Notes under the pieces: model-generated
Told to the model about the DNA's origin: nothing
Databases searched by the model: none
The model's input: only the letters and a program-made list of their open reading frames with translations
Assembly (NCBI GenBank): GCA_043822785.1
Contig: JBDRBN010000054.1
Coordinates: 1 to 28,200 of the forward strand
Source of the DNA: Pseudomonadota bacterium
GTDB taxonomy: Bacteria; UBA10199; 2-02-FULL-44-16; JAAZCA01
Direction of reading: 5' to 3'
DNA: 28,200 nt
Shown here: one piece after another, positions 24,493 to 28,200 of the stretch
How the letters are laid out: the number at the start of each line of letters is the position of its first letter
How positions within the stretch are numbered: position 1 is the first letter of the stretch
Made by a program: the position numbers and the translations under genes

Positions 24493-25449
24493 ATGGAAGA
24501 ACACTCCACAGAACAGACTCAAAAGAAATTGGCAGTTGGCGTACAGTTTCGCCCTGCTGGCAAGATCTATACCTTTGTGACCGACGATAATACCCTAAGC
24601 CACGGCGATCGTGTGGTGGTGGAATCCGAAGACGGTACTTCTTTAGGGTTAATAGCTATGGCACCATATGAGGCTGACGAGAAGTCGTTGCCTGCAAACG
24701 TAAAGAAGCTCCTCCACAAAGCTGGCGAGGAAGATATCGATGAGGCAGCTGGACTAAGAGAGCGCGCTATCGAATGCTTCCATGCATGTCGCGAGAGGAT
24801 TCGTAGCCGAGCCCTGCCTATGAAACTGGTGGATGTTGACATCAGCGAGAATGGCAAGAAGGCTGTATTCACGTTCTTCGCAGAAAACCGTGTGGATTTT
24901 CGTGCTCTTGTAAAAGACCTAGCAGGCCTTTTGCGCATGCGCATCGAAATGCGACAGATAGGCTCGCGCGATGAAGCCAAGATCGCAGGATGCATGGGCC
25001 CATGCGGGCAGACTACCTGCTGCTCCACGCACCTTCGGCAGTTTCAGTCCATATCCATATCAATGGCCAAACATCAAGGTTTAGCGCCTAACCCGGCAAA
25101 GCTCACAGGCATGTGCGGCAAGCTCAAGTGCTGCCTTGCGTATGAACAAGCTGCATATGACGAATGCCGCAATGGCCTTCCTAAAGTAGGTTCTGCAGTT
25201 GAATCCCCCGATGGTCCAGGAAAGATCGTAGGACACAATGTTTTAAAGCGCGAATGCACCGTGCGATTGTATGCAGGGGGCGAAGCTAGGGTGCCCTGCG
25301 ATAAATGCCGCAAGTTCTCGCCAGAAGAGAGAGAAAAAGCTATAGCCGCAGCAAAGAGGGCAAAGGAAGAGGGTGAAGAAAAAACACGGCGGCGCAGCAA
25401 AAAGGGAGGCGAACGCAAGGAAGGAAGAAATGCCAAATCCAGGAAGTAA
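24493..25449 (+). CDS. ricT: PSP1-domain protein (YaaT/RicT family)
   Basis: RVDFRALVKDLA, RIEMRQIGSRDEA, GPCG..CC and GMCGKLKCCLAYE, in tmk-holB-yaaT-metG synteny. Start is 24493 or 24475. Confidence 0.9.
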   Translation: MEEHSTEQTQKKLAVGVQFRPAGKIYTFVTDDNTLSHGDRVVVESEDGTSLGLIAMAPYEADEKSLPANVKKLLHKAGEEDIDEAAGLRERAIECFHACRERIRSRALPMKLVDVDISENGKKAVFTFFAENRVDFRALVKDLAGLLRMRIEMRQIGSRDEAKIAGCMGPCGQTTCCSTHLRQFQSISISMAKHQGLAPNPAKLTGMCGKLKCCLAYEQAAYDECRNGLPKVGSAVESPDGPGKIVGHNVLKRECTVRLYAGGEARVPCDKCRKFSPEEREKAIAAAKRAKEEGEEKTRRRSKKGGERKEGRNAKSRK

Positions 25450-27376
25450 AAAATTCTACATCACCGCGGCCATAGACTACGTAAACAGCCTTCCTCACAT
25501 AGGCACTGCTTATGAAAAGATCGGTGCAGACGTGCTGGCGCGTTGGCACCGCATGCTTGGCCATGAAGTCCACCTCCAGATGGGAAACGACGAGCACTCT
25601 GTTAACGTTCAGAAAGCAGCAAATGAAAAGGGTCTCTCACCCAAAGCTTACTGCAATGAGATGCGCAAAGAATTTGAAACGATTTGGAACAAGCTTGAGA
25701 TATCATATGATGGTTTTATCCAGACCTCAGATCCTCACCACGAACAAGGCGTGAAGAAGCTCTTTCAAACCATCATGGATAAGGGCGATATCTACAAAGA
25801 TCGCTATGAAGGATGGTATTGCGACTCGTGCGAAGCATTTCTCATGGAAAAGGATCTTGTAGACGGAAAATGTCCAAACCATAAGTCAAAACCCAGGTGG
25901 CTTTCTGAGGATAACTACTTTTTTGCTCTAAAAAAATATCGCGACCGTCTGCGCGAACACATCTCAAAAAACCCTGAGTTCATTTTGCCTGATATCCGCA
26001 GAAACGAGATAATGAGCTTGCTCGACGAAGGCCTTCAGGATGTGTCTGTATCACGCTCATCCTTTGATTGGGGCATCGCGCTCCCACACGATCCCAAGCA
26101 TGTAGTTTACGTATGGTTTGATGCGCTCATCAATTACATAACAGCCATAGGATATGGATGGGATGAGAAGAAGTTTGCAAAGTGGTGGCCAGCGGATGTG
26201 CATGTGATAGGCAAAGACATCACCCGCTTTCACTGCGTGATCTGGCCTGCCATGCTCATGAGCGCAAACATCCCGCTTCCAAAAACTATATTTGGCCATG
26301 GCTTTATCTGCTTTAAGGGCGAGAAGATGAGTAAGACCCTGGGCAATGTGGTAACGCCTATGGATGTGATCGATACATATGGTGCAGATCCTTTGCGCTA
26401 TTATCTTTTGCGCGAGGGTGGTTTTGGCCGGGACGGCGATTTTACATGGGAGCATTTCATAGAGCGCTACAACGGCGACCTTGCAAACGGCATAGGCAAT
26501 TTAGTGAGCAGAACCATAGGTATGGCAACCCGTTATAGCGATGGAAAGATCGCGCCTCCTAAAAACTATTCTGAAGGCAGCTCCATCAAGGACGCCGCAG
26601 AAGGCCTTGCAGATAAAGTCGCGCATGCGCTGGACCACCACTACGGCGAGGTGGGATTTCATCAAGCCCTCGCAGCTATCTGGGAAGTGATCGCAGAGGC
26701 TGATAGACACATCAACGAAAACAAACCATGGGAGATGGCAAAGGCAGGAAGGAATGAAGATATAGGAAGGGTGTTGTGGGAAGTGTCGTCTGCGATACGC
26801 ACATGCACGGTCATGCTTTTGCCCTTTATGCCACAGACAGCAGCAAAGATATGGGAAGCAATGGGCTTTGAAAAAACAGGCTCGCTCGATGGGCAATCTC
26901 CACATGCAGCAGATCAAACATGGGGTTCGCTTAACAAACCAATACATGTAGAATTAAAAGCAGGTCTTTTTCCTAGAATCGAAGATAAGAAAGAAGAAAA
27001 GCCTAAAGCAAAAGCTTCTGAAAAACCAAAAAAAAAAGAAGAGGAGAAAAAGATGGAAATAGATATTGCTGAATTTGCCAAAGTAGACCTGCGCGTTGCT
27101 GAAGTTATCTCAGCTGAAAAGGTTGAAGGTGCTGACAAACTTCTTAAGATTCAGATCGATCTTGCTGGCGAGACAAAGCAGATCGTTGCTGGCATTGCAC
27201 AGCACTATTCACCTGAGGAACTCATAGGAAAGAAAGTCATCGTGGTTGCAAACCTAAAACCTGCCAAACTGCGCGGCATCGAATCCCAGGGCATGTTGCT
27301 TGCCGCGTCAGACGAAAACACCATCTCCATCCTCACCCCACTTAAGGATGTTAAGGTGGGGTCGAAGGTAAAGTAA
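25430..27376 (+). CDS. metG: Methionyl-tRNA synthetase with C-terminal tRNA-binding (Trbp111-like) domain
   Basis: FYITAAIDYVN..PHIGTAY, GNDEH, YVWFDAL, GKDI, KMSKT and NLKPAKLRGIESQGM. Confidence 0.97.
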   Translation: MPNPGSKKFYITAAIDYVNSLPHIGTAYEKIGADVLARWHRMLGHEVHLQMGNDEHSVNVQKAANEKGLSPKAYCNEMRKEFETIWNKLEISYDGFIQTSDPHHEQGVKKLFQTIMDKGDIYKDRYEGWYCDSCEAFLMEKDLVDGKCPNHKSKPRWLSEDNYFFALKKYRDRLREHISKNPEFILPDIRRNEIMSLLDEGLQDVSVSRSSFDWGIALPHDPKHVVYVWFDALINYITAIGYGWDEKKFAKWWPADVHVIGKDITRFHCVIWPAMLMSANIPLPKTIFGHGFICFKGEKMSKTLGNVVTPMDVIDTYGADPLRYYLLREGGFGRDGDFTWEHFIERYNGDLANGIGNLVSRTIGMATRYSDGKIAPPKNYSEGSSIKDAAEGLADKVAHALDHHYGEVGFHQALAAIWEVIAEADRHINENKPWEMAKAGRNEDIGRVLWEVSSAIRTCTVMLLPFMPQTAAKIWEAMGFEKTGSLDGQSPHAADQTWGSLNKPIHVELKAGLFPRIEDKKEEKPKAKASEKPKKKEEEKKMEIDIAEFAKVDLRVAEVISAEKVEGADKLLKIQIDLAGETKQIVAGIAQHYSPEELIGKKVIVVANLKPAKLRGIESQGMLLAASDENTISILTPLKDVKVGSKVK

Positions 27377-27452
27377 AAACGCCTTTCGGAAAAGGAAAAG
27401 GGAAAAGGGGACGTTTCCCGGTGGGAAACTCCTCGATAAGATAAGAAAGCAT

Positions 27453-28046
27453 TTATTTTTTTGAATACAGTTTCCGCATTTCGGTCTGGTCCATAGTGAT
27501 TCCGGCCTGAACGAATTCTCTATAGCTTAAAGAACCGCGGCCAAGTAACCAGTCTTCACAACCGATTCTTCCTTTGACAGGATTAAGGAGTACGTCTTCC
27601 CTGCCAAATGCATAATGCCGGTAGCTGCTCCAAGGATATTTTTCCGGCTTGTGACAGATACCAGCCCGAACCGGGTTGATCTCTATATATCGGCCGCAGG
27701 CACTCCAATGCGCCTCATCTTCAATTACGATGCTGCGAAACCGGCTGTGCCAGATATGCCCATAAAACCGGTATCGGCGACGATGATAATGATTGTACGA
27801 AACCGCAATCGCCTTCATCACCGATGCCAGGCAGCTCGTCCCTTCAACCCATGCCAGGAGATGAAAATGCGTGTGCATGAAGACATAGTGATGAATGAAG
27901 ATGGGCCTATCTTTGAGATACCGAAGGATCGTGTTGCGGAAACGGGTAAAATCGTCGGCATCATGAAACAAACGCATACTGTTATTGCTGCGCCCGATCA
28001 GGTGGACCATGGCGTCCGATGGCAAGATACGTGCAAGTCTCGGCAT
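27453..28046 (-). CDS. REP-associated tyrosine transposase (RAYT, Y1_Tnp HUH family)
   Basis: MPRLAR..HLIGRSNN, YVFMHTHFHLL (HUH), GHIWHSRF, RYIEINPVRAG (catalytic Tyr) and YPWSSY. Confidence 0.92.
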   Translation of the reverse strand: MPRLARILPSDAMVHLIGRSNNSMRLFHDADDFTRFRNTILRYLKDRPIFIHHYVFMHTHFHLLAWVEGTSCLASVMKAIAVSYNHYHRRRYRFYGHIWHSRFRSIVIEDEAHWSACGRYIEINPVRAGICHKPEKYPWSSYRHYAFGREDVLLNPVKGRIGCEDWLLGRGSLSYREFVQAGITMDQTEMRKLYSKK

Positions 28047-28060
28047 AACTCATATTGCTA

Positions 28061-28076
28061 AGCACAATGCATGCCA
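28061..28076 (-). promoter_or_regulatory. Possible sigma-54 (-24/-12) promoter of the RAYT
   Basis: Minus strand TGGCATGCATTGTGCT, i.e. GG-N10-GC, 15 nt upstream of ATG 28046. Confidence 0.5.
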
Positions 28077-28200
28077 GAAAAATCTACTTTGTTTTCGCAG
28101 GTAGCTGCTGATGAGGTTGCCGAAATCACTGCAGCACTGCTTCGATTCACTACACTCCAAAAACGCCCCCCGTGTTTTCAGTAACTTAGCCACCGGGAAA

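Larger units (their letters stand above)
27401..28200. mobile_element. RAYT cassette bounded by inverted repeats
   Basis: TTTCCCGGTGG (27414-27424) and CCACCGGGAAA (28190-28200, cut by the window edge) flank the transposase. The left copy sits within GGAAAAGGGGACGTTTCCC-GGT-GGGAAAC. Confidence 0.65.

Noticed and set aside
22594..27376. tmk-holB-ricT-metG cluster as a novel system
   Set aside because: This is a well-known conserved housekeeping gene order.
28092..28120. Fourth copy of the GCAAC..CGATAA motif upstream of the RAYT
   Set aside because: GCAAC is present on the minus strand, but the best -10 match (TGCGAAAA) is at 16-nt spacing and degenerate.

Overview
Bacterial chromosomal window. 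The gene content (tmk-holB-PSP1/RicT-metG, a GldAFG-like ABC operon, Cys-rich lipoproteins, a Cys-CTERM-tailed subtilase) suggests a diderm deltaproteobacteria-like lineage; this is inference only. Housekeeping genes (purC, queF, tmk, holB, metG, L,D-transpeptidase, AsmA-like) are interleaved with orphan and accessory genes. The window is bounded by the left end of an IS200/IS605-type element and by a REP-associated tyrosine transposase (RAYT) cassette. Most notable signals: (1) an identically spaced promoter-like motif GCAAC-N14-(GC)CGATAA, a variant sigma-28 signature, in front of three orphan transcription units, one ending in a secreted nuclease and one encoding an FHA-like-repeat/J-domain protein; (2) a P-loop kinase-dCMP deaminase fusion (AvcD/fungal Dcd1 architecture); (3) several palindromic repeat families at gene junctions (inverted 7-/9-mer arrays that supply start/stop codons, TGTCATTGCGAG elements, a GTAG-REP doublet), one of them apparently absorbed in-frame into a protein; (4) a translationally coupled three-gene nucleotidyltransferase module. 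All family calls come from motif recognition by eye, not database searches.
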